A DNA stretch of 64,000 bases from Acidilobaceae archaeon. Its GTDB lineage: Archaea > Thermoproteota > Thermoprotei_A > Sulfolobales > Acidilobaceae. A program made the position numbers and the translations under genes. The stretch covers positions 50,365-114,364 of the forward strand of contig JAWBBK010000002.1 in assembly GCA_038824665.1 (NCBI GenBank), read 5' to 3'. The notes below the pieces were generated by a model. That model saw nothing but the letters and a program-made list of their open reading frames with translations, did not search any database and was not told where the DNA came from. Of this stretch, positions 38,607 through 48,350 are shown piece by piece; the stretch's first letter is position 1, and each line of letters starts with the position of its first letter.

Positions 38607-39719
38607 TTAGAGGACTTCCCAAAGGAATTTACCGTTTTCATATATCAGCTCTTTATCTCCATAGACTTTGGCTTTCGACATGTCTTTGATCATGTCCCAA
38701 TGGATAGCCGATTTGTTCTTAGAGCCTGTGGTTATATAGCCTGAACCAAGAGCTAAGTGGATCGTACCCCCTATCTTTTCGTCAAGTAAGATCTGCTTAG
38801 TAAACTTATTTATATCGTAATTGAGCCCAAAAGCGAACTCTCCTACTCTTCTGGCTCCCTCGTCTACCTCTAAGATCTTCTTTAAGAGGTTCTCGCCTTT
38901 AGTAGCGCTTGCTTCAACTACTTCTCCTTTCCTAAAGACCAATCTAACTCCTTCAACTTCATAACCTCTCCATATCGAAGGATACGTGAACGCTATACGA
39001 CCTTCAACGCTTTCTTCTATAGGTCCTGTGAACAGCTCTCCTCCGGGCATGTTCTTCTTGCCATCATCGTTGATCCATGTTCTTCCCGCTACAGAAAGCG
39101 TGAGGTCTGTATCGCTATCGAGTATTCTGAGCTCTGACATCTTCGAGAGCTTTTCTGCAAGTCTCTCCTGCTTAGCTCCTATATCTCTCCAGGCGGAGAT
39201 CGGGTCTTCTCTATAAAGCTTGAGAGCTCTATAAACAAAATCTTCATAGTCTAGTATGCTCATTCCCGCTTCTTGAGCTAAGGCTCGAGTAGGATATATA
39301 GTCACAGTCCATTTGAGACTACCTTCTCCATCTCTTTTCATAAATATCTCGGAGAGTTCTCGGGTAGCGGCGTTCCTTATCTTGATTCTCTCTGGATCAA
39401 CACCAATAAGGTATTTAGCATGAGAGTAGGATAGCACGTTTATTAGAGCGTTCATCTTCTCGTAGATCGTTTTGTCTATAGGAGAGAGGTATTCAAGAGT
39501 CTCTCTCGGAGCGTACTTATAAAATATCTCTTGACTTTCTTCATCAAAAAGCTCTAGCCTAGGGTATCCACCTCTTTCAACTATGATCTTCACAAGAGTT
39601 CTGACGAAGGGAAGAGCTTCTATGCCGAATCTGATCACCACTTCATCTCCTTTCGATATTCCTGTCGAGTAGTCAACAATAAGTCTAGCAAACTTTTCGA
39701 GGTCTCTCAAAGCACGCAC
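38607..39719 (-). CDS. Aminopeptidase, M29 (AmpS/AmpT) family
   Basis: NMPGGELFTGP, RVGEFAFG, LLDEKIGGTIHLALG, SAIHWDM. Confidence 0.93.
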   Translation of the reverse strand: MRALRDLEKFARLIVDYSTGISKGDEVVIRFGIEALPFVRTLVKIIVERGGYPRLELFDEESQEIFYKYAPRETLEYLSPIDKTIYEKMNALINVLSYSHAKYLIGVDPERIKIRNAATRELSEIFMKRDGEGSLKWTVTIYPTRALAQEAGMSILDYEDFVYRALKLYREDPISAWRDIGAKQERLAEKLSKMSELRILDSDTDLTLSVAGRTWINDDGKKNMPGGELFTGPIEESVEGRIAFTYPSIWRGYEVEGVRLVFRKGEVVEASATKGENLLKKILEVDEGARRVGEFAFGLNYDINKFTKQILLDEKIGGTIHLALGSGYITTGSKNKSAIHWDMIKDMSKAKVYGDKELIYENGKFLWEVL

Positions 39720-39846
39720 CGTTGTGAAGAAGTTTCGAAGCCTTTTAGATTAAGGTCTAAGCGAGCTGAGAAGAACTCTTATTGAGTGCAACATATATAA
39801 CTGTGAGACTTTTCAACGAGGTTTAGGACCAAATACGGGGAGAGCT

Positions 39847-40401
39847 ATGGCTAAAAAGGTAGTAGAAGAAAGAAGGGTTGCTGTGCCAGATGGAGTTACT
39901 GTAGAGATAGCTACGAGTAGAGTCAAAATAGCAGGTCCTAAAGGGGTTCTCGAAAGAGACTTCTCACACGCTAGAGGTGTGATCATAGAGTACTCAGAAC
40001 CCACTAGAGAGATCATCGTCTATAAACACTTCCCGAACGCAAGAGAAGTAGCGCTTGTTGGAACGATAGCTGCTCATATAAAGAACATGATAACTGGTGT
40101 GACCAAAGGTTTTAGATACAAGCTAAAGGTGATCTTCGTTCACTTCCCCATAAGCGTTTCTGTTCGTGAGGGTAAGTTGATAATAAGCAACTTCTTGGGC
40201 GAGAAGACACCTAGAGTTATTGAAATACCTCCGGGAGTCAACGTAAAGGTCTCAGGTCAGGATATAATCTTAGAGGGGATAGACCTAGAGAAGCTGGGTA
40301 TGGTTGCAGGGATGATTGAGAGAGCGACTAGAGTTAAAGACAAAGACAAAAGAAAGTTCATGGATGGAATATACCTCTATGCGAGAGAGGTGATAGCTTG
40401 A
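39847..40401 (+). CDS. rpl6: 50S ribosomal protein L6
   Basis: GPKG, HIKNMITGVTKGF, HFP, DKRKFMDGIY. Confidence 0.96.
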   Translation: MAKKVVEERRVAVPDGVTVEIATSRVKIAGPKGVLERDFSHARGVIIEYSEPTREIIVYKHFPNAREVALVGTIAAHIKNMITGVTKGFRYKLKVIFVHFPISVSVREGKLIISNFLGEKTPRVIEIPPGVNVKVSGQDIILEGIDLEKLGMVAGMIERATRVKDKDKRKFMDGIYLYAREVIA

Positions 40402-40817
40402 TGGAGGGAGAGAAGTCTATAGTGAAAGAAAGTCAGAACGCTATAAAAGAGCTACGGAAGATTCAGGAAAAGATAAAAAAGAAAAACAAACCGGAGTTCA
40501 TTCACTATCATCATTATAGATATTGGAAATTTGAAAGACGAGATTCTTGGAGAAAACCTAAAGGTAGAGATAACAAGGTCAGGCTTGAAATCAAAGGTTA
40601 CCCACCTAAGGTTAAATCAGGCTATGGAACTCCTGAAGATATTAGAGGACTTCATCCTAGCGGTCTCGAACCAGTAGTTGTCTCCAATGTAAAAGAGCTA
40701 GAGAATTTAGACCCTTCGCGACACATCGTATACATAGCCTCAACGGTAGGACTTAGAAAGAGAGCTGAGTTACTCGAAGCTATTAAAAGCCGAGGTTTTA
40801 GGGTGGCTAATGGATGA
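40401..40817 (+). CDS. rpl32e: 50S ribosomal protein L32e
   Basis: SWRKPKGRDNKVR, RGLHPSG. Confidence 0.95.
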   Translation: MEGEKSIVKESQNAIKELRKIQEKIKKKNKPEFIHYHHYRYWKFERRDSWRKPKGRDNKVRLEIKGYPPKVKSGYGTPEDIRGLHPSGLEPVVVSNVKELENLDPSRHIVYIASTVGLRKRAELLEAIKSRGFRVANG

Positions 40818-41272
40818 CAGACTATAGTCTTCAAAAAAGACTAGCTGCTGAGCTACTTGGTGTAGGAGAGAGCCGTATTTGGATAGATCCTAGCCCCGAT
40901 AAAGCTGAAGAGATAACGCAGGCTCTGACTCGCGAGGACGTGGCTAAGCTCATAGAGAAGGGACTCATCAAGGTGAGACCGAAGAAAGGAAACTCAAGAA
41001 GCAGATGGTTGAAAAGAAGAGAGCAGAGACAGAAAGGAAGGAGAAGAGGTCATGGAAAAAGAAAAGGAGAAGTTGGTGCGCGCTCAGATCCTGAAGAGCT
41101 TTGGGTCAAAAAGATCAGGAAGATAAGGAGGTATCTCAGATGGTTGAGAGATCATGGAATAATAGATAGAAAGCTCTACAGAAGTCTCTATAGAAGAGCT
41201 AAAGGAGGAGCATTCAAGAGCTTCTCAGATCTAAAAATGCACCTTAAGGCTTTAGGAGTATCAGTAAGGTGA
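40814..41272 (+). CDS. rpl19e: 50S ribosomal protein L19e
   Basis: [36 protein letters not shown]. Confidence 0.96.
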   Translation: MTDYSLQKRLAAELLGVGESRIWIDPSPDKAEEITQALTREDVAKLIEKGLIKVRPKKGNSRSRWLKRREQRQKGRRRGHGKRKGEVGARSDPEELWVKKIRKIRRYLRWLRDHGIIDRKLYRSLYRRAKGGAFKSFSDLKMHLKALGVSVR

Positions 41273-41913
41273 TAGAAGTGGCTAGAGGTCCAACTTATAG
41301 AGTTCCTCTAAGGAGAAGAAGAGAAGGCAAGACCGATTATTATAAGAGAGTTAAGTTGATCAAATCTAAGAAGCCAAGACTTGTAGTCAGGAAAACAAAC
41401 AAATATATATTGGCTCAAATAGTGGAAGCAGCGATTCCTGGAGATAAGACAATAGTAGCGGCGCACAGCATAGAACTCTCTAAGCTTTACGGCTGGCTAG
41501 GCGATCACAACAATACCTGTGCAGCCTATCTAACTGGGCTTCTAGTCGGGTATAGAGCTCTGCTTAAAGGAATAACGGAAGCCGTTTTAGACATAGGGTT
41601 ACACAGACCTTCGAGAGGTTCAAGAGTTTTCGCAACTCTAAAAGGAGCTCTAGATGCTGGTTTGAAGATACCACATTCTCCAGATGTCTTACCCTCTGAG
41701 GACAGGATAGAGTGTAGACATATAGCTTCCTGGGCTCAACAGCTTTCTTCTACAAACCCAGAACTCTACAAGAGACAGTTTTCTAAGTACTTAGCGAGAG
41801 GATTGAGACCTGAAGACCTTCCTGTTCACTTAAATGAGATTTTGAGAAAGATAAAAGCCGAGTATGTAGATAAAGTTGCACAAGTAGTTGAAAAGACTGG
41901 TGCTACTGCGTAG
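41269..41913 (+). CDS. rpl18: 50S ribosomal protein L18
   Basis: [29 protein letters not shown]. Confidence 0.96.
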   Translation: MIEVARGPTYRVPLRRRREGKTDYYKRVKLIKSKKPRLVVRKTNKYILAQIVEAAIPGDKTIVAAHSIELSKLYGWLGDHNNTCAAYLTGLLVGYRALLKGITEAVLDIGLHRPSRGSRVFATLKGALDAGLKIPHSPDVLPSEDRIECRHIASWAQQLSSTNPELYKRQFSKYLARGLRPEDLPVHLNEILRKIKAEYVDKVAQVVEKTGATA

Positions 41914-41925
41914 AGGTGTTGCGAG

Positions 41926-42558
41926 ATGGGTATGGCGGCAGAAACGCTGAGAGATTGGGTTCCAGGAACTAAGGTAGGTAGGTTAGTTAAAGAGGGTAAG
42001 ATAACTAGCATAGACCAGGTTTTCAGATCAGGCTTACCTATCTTAGAACCCGAGATCGTAGACGTTCTGCTTCCCAATTTAGAACACGAGATAATCGATA
42101 CATCGCTAGTTCAAAAAATGACAGATTCAGGAAGGATCTCAAAATATAGAGTCGTAGTCGTTATAGGCAATAGAGACGGTTATGTAGGCATCGGTAAAGG
42201 GAAAGCTAGACAGTTCAGAGTAGCTATAGAGAAAGCGATCAGAAACGCTAAGCTTAACATCACCCCCGTGAGAAGAGGTTGTGGAAGCTGGGAGTGTACT
42301 TGTGGAAGACCACATACAGTTCCTTACATAGTTAGAGGAAAGAGCGGAAGCGTTGAGATAGTTCTCAAGCCTGCTCCTCTAGGAACAGGTCTGGTAGCTG
42401 GAGATGTAGCTAAAGTGGTGTTCAGATTAGCTGGCTTAAGCGATGTCTGGACCCTAACGAGAGGTGAAACGAGAACCACGTATAACTTCGCTAGAGCTGC
42501 CTATGAGGCTTTAAAGAAGACGTATGATTTCGTGGCTCCTATCGATTGGCTTAGGTGA
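41926..42558 (+). CDS. rps5: 30S ribosomal protein S5
   Basis: [36 protein letters not shown]. Confidence 0.97.
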   Translation: MGMAAETLRDWVPGTKVGRLVKEGKITSIDQVFRSGLPILEPEIVDVLLPNLEHEIIDTSLVQKMTDSGRISKYRVVVVIGNRDGYVGIGKGKARQFRVAIEKAIRNAKLNITPVRRGCGSWECTCGRPHTVPYIVRGKSGSVEIVLKPAPLGTGLVAGDVAKVVFRLAGLSDVWTLTRGETRTTYNFARAAYEALKKTYDFVAPIDWLR

Positions 42559-42564
42559 CACAAC

Positions 42565-43047
42565 GTGAGTTTATATGCAATAGTCAGAATTAGAGGCACT
42601 GTTGACGTTCCTCCAAAAGTAGAGCGAACTTTAGAACTGTTAAGACTAAGGAGAAGGTTTACAGCATCTCTTTATCACAAAAACTTACCAGGACTAGAGG
42701 ATATGCTCAAAGCGATAGAGTCTTGGGCTACGTGGGGTGAAATCTCTAAAGAGACGTTGATCGACTTACTGAAGAGGAGAGGTAAAATAGTGGGAGACAA
42801 ACCTCTTACAGATGAGTTCGTTAAAGAAGTCATAAAACTGCAAGGCGGTATAGAGGAGCTAGCCAACAAGCTTCTTATAGGCGAAATTTACTACCACAAG
42901 CTTGAACCTTTAGGCGTAAAGCCTTTCTTCAGATTACATCCACCAAAGAGCGGATTTGATGGAAGCATCAAGAAGGCTTACCGACAGGGAGGCGAACTCG
43001 GTTATAGAGGTTCAGCGATAAACGAGTTGCTTAAGAGAATGATATGA
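42565..43047 (+). CDS. rpl30: 50S ribosomal protein L30
   Basis: AIVRIRG, TWGE, FRLHPP, GGELGYRG. Confidence 0.96.
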   Translation: MSLYAIVRIRGTVDVPPKVERTLELLRLRRRFTASLYHKNLPGLEDMLKAIESWATWGEISKETLIDLLKRRGKIVGDKPLTDEFVKEVIKLQGGIEELANKLLIGEIYYHKLEPLGVKPFFRLHPPKSGFDGSIKKAYRQGGELGYRGSAINELLKRMI

Positions 43048-43059
43048 GGGTGATCATCG

Positions 43060-43515
43060 ATGGTAGTTAGACGCAGAAAGAAAGTGAGGAAACTTCGTGG
43101 CAGATCGAGGACTATGGGTTGGGGTAGCGTAGGTCAACACAGAAAGTCGGGCTCTAGAGGAGGTACGGGAGCTGCAGGCTTAGGTAAACACAAATGGACT
43201 TGGACCATAAAGTATGCTCCAGATTGGTACGGTAAAAGAGGCTTTGTAAGACGCAGAATGTTGGTAGGATTCGAAAAGAGAACCATTAACGTGGGAGAAG
43301 TTCAAGACATTCTTGAGTCAATGATAGCTAGAGGTGAGGTAGCTGTAGAAAACGGGCTTTATGTGATAAACCTCAGCGATATGGGAGTTCACAAGTTGCT
43401 TGGAGAAGGCAAGATAAAGTTCCCAGTCAAGATAATCGTAGCGGAAGCTAGCGAGAGCGCTATAGAAAAGATAAAAAGCGCTGGAGGCGAGGTCGTCCTC
43501 TTAGCTCAAAACTAA
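43060..43515 (+). CDS. rpl15: 50S ribosomal protein L15
   Basis: RKSGSRGG.G.AG, YGKRGF, KLLGEG, EKIKSAGG. Confidence 0.96.
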   Translation: MVVRRRKKVRKLRGRSRTMGWGSVGQHRKSGSRGGTGAAGLGKHKWTWTIKYAPDWYGKRGFVRRRMLVGFEKRTINVGEVQDILESMIARGEVAVENGLYVINLSDMGVHKLLGEGKIKFPVKIIVAEASESAIEKIKSAGGEVVLLAQN

Positions 43516-43647
43516 TGGGTTTTTATCGATTAGGATAGCTATCTCTCAGACTTGTTCTTGAATAAAGCTACTAAACGCTTATACCGTTTGGAAGAATGTG
43601 GTATTTAGGTGTGCTAGGTAGCTGAAAATCCGTAAGGACGAAGATGT

Positions 43648-44679
43648 ATGCCAGTTGTTGAAGGACTTCTTGATAAGGTCTTAGGCGTTAGAGAACACAT
43701 AGAGAAAGCTTTAGCTAAGATGAGGTCGATAAAGGTAGAAGGGCTCGAATGGATTCCTCTTGAGCTACAAGAAGCTAAAGACCTTCTCTTCGTAGCAAGC
43801 GATAGTAGCAGACAACACGAGAACTTCCGAGGGCTTTTTATATATGCAGTTCAAGGTGTAGCTGTTGCTTATAGCACAGCTGAAGGAGTTCTGAAGAGAG
43901 AAGTCGACTCAGACGCTAGAGTTATAGAGCTAGTAGGCAAGAAGGTTAGAAGGTTTGTAGAAGCTATTTTAGACAATTCCTCGAAGAGGCTAGAAGTCAA
44001 ACTCGTTGAGAAGATCATAGAGAACAACGTGTCTCCAAGCTACGTTCTCTTTGATGGCTCTTATGAGAGCTTCGCTCAAGCCATCCTAGTCCCTTTTAGG
44101 CGTAGCTTTAGAGAAGAGATCTACGCTATGTGGAAAGAAAGAGTAGAGTCTTTAGCTAGGATCTTAAAGTCGTTTCAGACAGTGTTTATTTCAAAGAGCA
44201 TAAAGAGAACGTACTTAAACAAGGAATGTGGAATCACAGTACGACTTGGAGATAATGAGATCGAGGTTCCAGACATTATTATAATAGGAAAGGTCATTAA
44301 TGAAGCTAAAGTCAAGACCTCGGGTATACTGTGGCCAGCGAAGCCATACATAGAGCTGAGAAACGCTCCTCTTTGGCGAGGAAAAGCAGAACTAGAAGCT
44401 CTAGACAACCTCTCAGAGAAGTATACGATGTTTTACGCTCTTTTAAGTCCTTGGGGCAGAGTTTACAGAATAACGGTTCCTAAAGAGATCTCTCTGCAGG
44501 AAGCCGAGGAGATAGTTAGAGACTTATCTGTAGTTTCGGTTAATGACGGATATCCTCATCCTTTAGCGGTAGTTCATCACCTTAGCAAGCTGACCAGAAA
44601 GGACTTCAAAGACATGTTAGCTCTAGTTGCTTGGGATCTAGAGTCAGGCAGAGAGCCTCTAAACTACACAATCTCTTAG
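43648..44679 (+). CDS. NurA-family nuclease (orphan)
   Basis: ASDSS, LFDGS, FISKS and GYPHPLAVVH motifs. Confidence 0.78.
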   Translation: MPVVEGLLDKVLGVREHIEKALAKMRSIKVEGLEWIPLELQEAKDLLFVASDSSRQHENFRGLFIYAVQGVAVAYSTAEGVLKREVDSDARVIELVGKKVRRFVEAILDNSSKRLEVKLVEKIIENNVSPSYVLFDGSYESFAQAILVPFRRSFREEIYAMWKERVESLARILKSFQTVFISKSIKRTYLNKECGITVRLGDNEIEVPDIIIIGKVINEAKVKTSGILWPAKPYIELRNAPLWRGKAELEALDNLSEKYTMFYALLSPWGRVYRITVPKEISLQEAEEIVRDLSVVSVNDGYPHPLAVVHHLSKLTRKDFKDMLALVAWDLESGREPLNYTIS

Positions 44680-44695
44680 ATGTAGTTAACGTTTT

Positions 44696-45781
44696 CTATA
44701 AAGTCTGCTTTGTAGTAGTCAGGACCTCAGCTATGGCTGAGATCACGTTGCTGAGATCATCAAGAGAGACGTCACCCATAACGCCTATCCTGATTGCTTT
44801 GTCTTTGAGTTCCTTCATTCCCTGGGCTATTAGATAGCCTCGTTTGAGCACTGCTTCAGCTATGATCTTCGAGTCTATAGGAGTCTTGAATGCAGTTATA
44901 GTAAAGCTTCTGATCTCTGCGATTTCAGGCAGGGCATGTAGACCTATCTTTTCGAGTTCTCTATAGAGGAACTCGGACCTTTCTCTGTGTTCCTCTATAT
45001 GTTTTTCAAGTCCTTTAGTTAATATGAGGTCTACTGCAACTTCGAGAGCAGCTAGCACCGGAAGGGCCGGAGTAAAGGGCGTCTCTCTCACTTTTCTGTA
45101 GTAATTCACATACAAGCTCAAGTCAAGCAGAGGAGGAGCTGTGGGTCCCACTTTTTCAGCGACTTTAACTCCTTCTTCAGAGAGGAACACTAGACCGACA
45201 CCTGGTGGAGCTGCTAGAGCCTTCTGGCTGCTCGTAGCTATAGCTGTCACTCCCCAAGAGTTTTCTATTGGAATTCCTGAAAATCCTGAAACAGAGTCAA
45301 CTATCACTTTGACTCCAAGGTCTCTGGCTTTTCTCGCTAGCGATTCTAGATACGCATAAGCTACTCCTGTGCTGCTTTCGTTATGAACTAGCACCAGAGA
45401 TTCGTAAGGTTCGTCTTCGAGTTTTTCTATTACATCGTTTAGCCTTACGACCTTTCCCATAGGAGCTTTCATAATATCGACTGTTGCTCCTCGTCTCCGA
45501 ACGGACTCGAGCATCCTCTCTCCGAACTCTCCCCAAACTAGAGCTAGGACTTTCTCTCCTGGTCTGATCAGAGACCAGACGCTAGCGTCTACAGCTGTAG
45601 TTCCGCTACCAGCAAGTAGCGCTACTTCTTCTGCTCCTCGAGATAGCTTCAGTAGTTTGTCGGTGAGTCTCGATAGGAATTCTCTGAACTCTCGATCTCT
45701 ATGATACTTTGGAGCTTTAAGCATAGCTTCCAAAACAGGTCTCGGAACCTCTACAGGACCTGGGGTTAGTAGCTTAGGCAC
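44696..45781 (-). CDS. Class V PLP aminotransferase (serine-pyruvate/phosphoserine aminotransferase-like)
   Basis: LLTPGP, GSGT, VHNESSTG, VDSVS, SSQKAL.APPG, RIGVMG. Confidence 0.9.
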   Translation of the reverse strand: MPKLLTPGPVEVPRPVLEAMLKAPKYHRDREFREFLSRLTDKLLKLSRGAEEVALLAGSGTTAVDASVWSLIRPGEKVLALVWGEFGERMLESVRRRGATVDIMKAPMGKVVRLNDVIEKLEDEPYESLVLVHNESSTGVAYAYLESLARKARDLGVKVIVDSVSGFSGIPIENSWGVTAIATSSQKALAAPPGVGLVFLSEEGVKVAEKVGPTAPPLLDLSLYVNYYRKVRETPFTPALPVLAALEVAVDLILTKGLEKHIEEHRERSEFLYRELEKIGLHALPEIAEIRSFTITAFKTPIDSKIIAEAVLKRGYLIAQGMKELKDKAIRIGVMGDVSLDDLSNVISAIAEVLTTTKQTL

Positions 45782-46715
45782 GACCTAGCCACCTTTCTTT
45801 CACAAACTCTACTATGTTCTTTCCAAGTGTCACAGCTATTCTCTCTTGTGCCTCAAAGGTCTGGGAGCCTATATGTGAGGTTACCACTACTCTAGGATGA
45901 GCAACGAGCTTCTTTTGTATATCGCTTTTAGGCGGCTCTTCTTCAAGCACGTCAGTAGCGTATACAGAGAGAATCCCAGAATCTAGAGCCCAGAGCACGC
46001 TTTCAGTATCAATAACGGCACCTCTGCTTGTGTTGATCAGAATTGAACCTCTCTTAAAACACTTCTCTAAAAGGTCTCTGTTTACTAGCTTGTGTGTAGA
46101 TTCAACCAAAGGCACGTGGAGAGACACTATATCAGCTTCGCTAAGCGCTTTGCATAGATCTGATGCTACCTCTACGCCTCTCTTGACCGCTTCTGCTTTT
46201 ATGTCTACAACATCGAAAGCTACAACTCTAGCTCCGAAAGACTTAACGAGTTCCGCTACTCTTTTCCCTACTCTACCGAATCCCACTACTAGGAATGTCT
46301 TGCCCATTAGCTCACGACCTAAAGGTCTCTCCCACATTCCGTTCTTAGTTAAGCTTATGACGTAGTCTAGTCTGCGAAGAGCTATCAAAGTTAGCGCTAT
46401 CGTTAGTTCTGCTACGCTTTCTATAGGAGCCTCTCCGGCGTTCATTACAGCTATTCCGAATTTCTTAGCGCTTTCAACGTCTATGTTGTCTAAGCCTACG
46501 CCTGCTCTTGCAATAACTTTGAGTTTCTCCGCTCCAACCTCTATTATCTCTGAGTCTACTCGAGTTCTCCCTCTGACTATTAGTATATCATATTCTTTAA
46601 CGATTTTCTTCAGTTCTTCTTTGCTGATTCCCGGTCTATAATCTATCTGAAGTCCAGCCTGAGACAGGATCTGTAACAGCTTTTCGTCTACAGGCTCTGT
46701 GATCAAGACCTTCAT
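45774..46715 (-). CDS. serA: D-3-phosphoglycerate dehydrogenase-like 2-hydroxyacid dehydrogenase (no ACT domain)
   Basis: RAGVGLDNID, SVAELT, GFGRVG, INTSRG, DVLEEEP, HIGSQTFEAQ. Confidence 0.8.
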   Translation of the reverse strand: MKVLITEPVDEKLLQILSQAGLQIDYRPGISKEELKKIVKEYDILIVRGRTRVDSEIIEVGAEKLKVIARAGVGLDNIDVESAKKFGIAVMNAGEAPIESVAELTIALTLIALRRLDYVISLTKNGMWERPLGRELMGKTFLVVGFGRVGKRVAELVKSFGARVVAFDVVDIKAEAVKRGVEVASDLCKALSEADIVSLHVPLVESTHKLVNRDLLEKCFKRGSILINTSRGAVIDTESVLWALDSGILSVYATDVLEEEPPKSDIQKKLVAHPRVVVTSHIGSQTFEAQERIAVTLGKNIVEFVKERWLGRA

Positions 46716-47557
46716 CTTAGACCCTCCACAACCTCTTGAACTCTGGACATAAGCTTAATCACAGGAGCTCCGAGAGGGACTTTCATGAGTTCAGCTATTG
46801 GAGGACATTTAGCTCTTAGAGCTACCACTACTTTATGCTTTTCTGGAAATCCGAAATCTAAAGCGGCTTCTAAGTTGGCAATACCTTTCGAGATTATTGC
46901 ATCAACTTTCAAAAGCAGTTCTGAAACGTCTCTGTTCCTCACTGCGAAAGCTGGGTAGTTGCTTCCTGTGCTTATCACTTTCACGAAGTTGATTAACGGG
47001 GTCTCGCCAAGATTTTCAGCGATCTCAGACATTAACTTTCTGACCTCCTCTACAGTGACGTCGACTTCGTAAGGTTCTTCTCTCGCTATCAGCACAACAT
47101 CTTTTCCTACAGTAACTAGCTTCAAGGCTAACACGATATCTACTACTGCCTCTCCGGCGTTGTCCAAAAGCAACGCGACACTTTTGGCGTTATCTAAAAG
47201 GCTTAAAGCTTCAGGATCCAGAAAGCCAAAGCTACGCTCATCGGAATTCATCGGTTCTGAGTTTACAGTGACCCATTTCATCTCGTAGTCTATAGAGTTC
47301 GCTAAAGCGGAGAGCTGGAGCAGACTTCTCCAGTCTAGGTTTTTAAGATCTTTTACTAAGGCTAGATATCTTTCGTTAAGTTCTCTTTTCATCTTAGTCA
47401 CTTCTTCTTTTACTATAGGGTACATCAACTTGAAGGATTCTGTGAAGACTTCTGTTCTCGTTGTTCTCTCTTCAAAGACTTTCATTAAAACCTCGTTTAA
47501 CCCCATTTTTCTAACTCTAGAATGAGCTAAACATTCTATACACTTGCTTTTGTTCAG
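46712..47557 (-). CDS. DUF89/ARMT1-like metal-dependent phosphatase; start anomalous (CTG 47557 or frameshifted N-terminus)
   Basis: ANSIDY, LLDNAGE, KGIANLE, RAKC; in-frame CIEC motif lies upstream of the first ATG (47506). Confidence 0.8.
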   Translation of the reverse strand: MNKSKCIECLAHSRVRKMGLNEVLMKVFEERTTRTEVFTESFKLMYPIVKEEVTKMKRELNERYLALVKDLKNLDWRSLLQLSALANSIDYEMKWVTVNSEPMNSDERSFGFLDPEALSLLDNAKSVALLLDNAGEAVVDIVLALKLVTVGKDVVLIAREEPYEVDVTVEEVRKLMSEIAENLGETPLINFVKVISTGSNYPAFAVRNRDVSELLLKVDAIISKGIANLEAALDFGFPEKHKVVVALRAKCPPIAELMKVPLGAPVIKLMSRVQEVVEGLR

Positions 47558-47724
47558 AAAACGGGCTCGGGCTTGTAATTCAAGTATCCCGAGTCCAACT
47601 GATCCACCTTAATCCCCTCAGCAGACAGGAGAACTATTTTAAACTTTTCGGTGGGTAAAGTTATTTACAGGAGACGATCTGGAACTTTTTGGATTATACT
47701 ATCTAAGACGAAGAGGGTTAGTCT

Positions 47725-48279
47725 GTGAGTACGAAGATTATAGTGACAACTAGTAGGAGGCCTAGCCCGCGTTCGAGAAGTCTTGTAAAAGACTTACTTT
47801 CAGTGCTTCCACATGCTGTTAGAATAACTAGAGGACATACATCATTGGAAGAGCTAGCCAGAATGGCCTTAGCTGTTGGAGCGTCTAGGGTTGTGATCCT
47901 AGCTGAGAGAAAAGGAAATCCAGGGCTCCTGAGAGTTTATGAGCCTATAACCAATCCCCTAGCTCTCAAAGACCTATCTACATTCATAATTCGAGGGGTC
48001 AAGCTGGCTCGTGAAGCTGGCACAAGGTCTTCCATCAAACCAAAACTTCTCTACGTAGTTAGCGATGGGTCTGAGATCTCGGATCATGTTGCTGAAGAGT
48101 TTGTCAGATCTTTTTACGCAAAGATATTTTTAGGCAGAACCCCTTCTGGAGCTGTTTTGGCTCGAATAACCTCTCTTAGCGACAACCTATGTTTCGTTAG
48201 ATTTTTCTATAAAGAAAACCAAATAGGTCCTGAGCTGAAGCTCTCTAAACCTCGACAGGTAGCGAAAAACCTCTCTTGA
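47725..48279 (+). CDS. Brix/Imp4-domain ribosome biogenesis protein
   Basis: VTTSRRPSPRSRS, RG, ERKGNPG, GVKLARE. Confidence 0.9.
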   Translation: MSTKIIVTTSRRPSPRSRSLVKDLLSVLPHAVRITRGHTSLEELARMALAVGASRVVILAERKGNPGLLRVYEPITNPLALKDLSTFIIRGVKLAREAGTRSSIKPKLLYVVSDGSEISDHVAEEFVRSFYAKIFLGRTPSGAVLARITSLSDNLCFVRFFYKENQIGPELKLSKPRQVAKNLS

Positions 48280-48350
48280 GATTTTAGAGGGCCTCTAGTC
48301 TTTAAAGGCTTTAGGCTCCTAGGGAGTGTAGGACTTGTGGGTGTAATAAT

